From: Tubulanus polymorphus
Taxonomy: Eukaryota > Animalia > Nemertea
Length of the DNA stretch: 64,000 nucleotides
Assembly: GCF_964204645.1 (NCBI RefSeq)
Contig: NC_134035.1
Location: 10,944,451-11,008,450 of the forward strand
Direction of reading: 5' to 3'
Shown here: piece after piece, positions 63,789 through 64,000 of the stretch
How positions within the stretch are numbered: the first letter of the stretch is position 1
Layout of the letters: each line of letters begins with the position of its first letter
Translations under genes and position numbers: made by a program
The notes under the pieces: model-generated
What the model was told of the DNA's origin: nothing
The model's input: the letters and a program-made list of their open reading frames with translations, nothing else
The model's database searches: none

Positions 63789-64000
63789 CTCTCTCCCCCT
63801 CTCCCCCTCTCTCCCTCCTCTCCCTCCTTCCATCCCTCTCTCTCCCTATCCCTTCTTCCCTCTATCCATCCCTCTCTCACTCCTTCCCTCTCTCCCCCTC
63901 TCCCTCCTCTCCCTCCTTCCATCCCGCTCTCTCCCCTCTTTTCCTCTCTCCCCCTATCCCTTCTTCCCTCTATCCATCTCTCCCTCCTTCCCTACCTCTC
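63789..64000. repeat. Polypyrimidine (CT-rich) low-complexity tract in a SETDB1 intron
   Basis: Almost purely C/T up to the window end; a similar shorter tract lies at 15030-15106. Confidence 0.9.

Overview
Eukaryotic, intron-rich, AT-rich animal DNA, probably from an invertebrate; the taxon cannot be fixed from the sequence. Four protein-coding genes can be reconstructed by hand. (1) Guanine deaminase (+, 11 exons, 14013-18702, possibly with a distant first exon at about 2.8 kb). (2) A ~2575-aa KIAA1549/UPF0606-like type I membrane protein with a 5.3-kb Ser/Thr-rich exon (+, 21483-33171). (3) A 3-exon, 96-aa secreted prepropeptide, only partly visible in the ORF track (-, 35826-34984). It is predicted to release a cationic amidated 27-mer, and the model depends on a non-canonical GG 5' splice site. 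(4) The 5' part of SETDB1/eggless with its Tudor domains (+, 58402 to beyond the window end). Between the peptide gene and SETDB1 is a ~20-kb non-coding block. It holds an inverted pair of LINE (RTE-like) 3' fragments, a recent ~5.6/7.4-kb tandem duplication and two arrays (6 + 14 copies) of a 235-bp repeat. Each repeat unit is an 85-nt GT-AG intron plus a 150-nt stop-containing exon, which suggests a highly spliced repetitive lncRNA. Palindromic MITE-like elements, Penelope-type hammerhead-like motifs and simple repeats are scattered through the window. All splice models come from reading the sequence and are not confirmed by transcripts.
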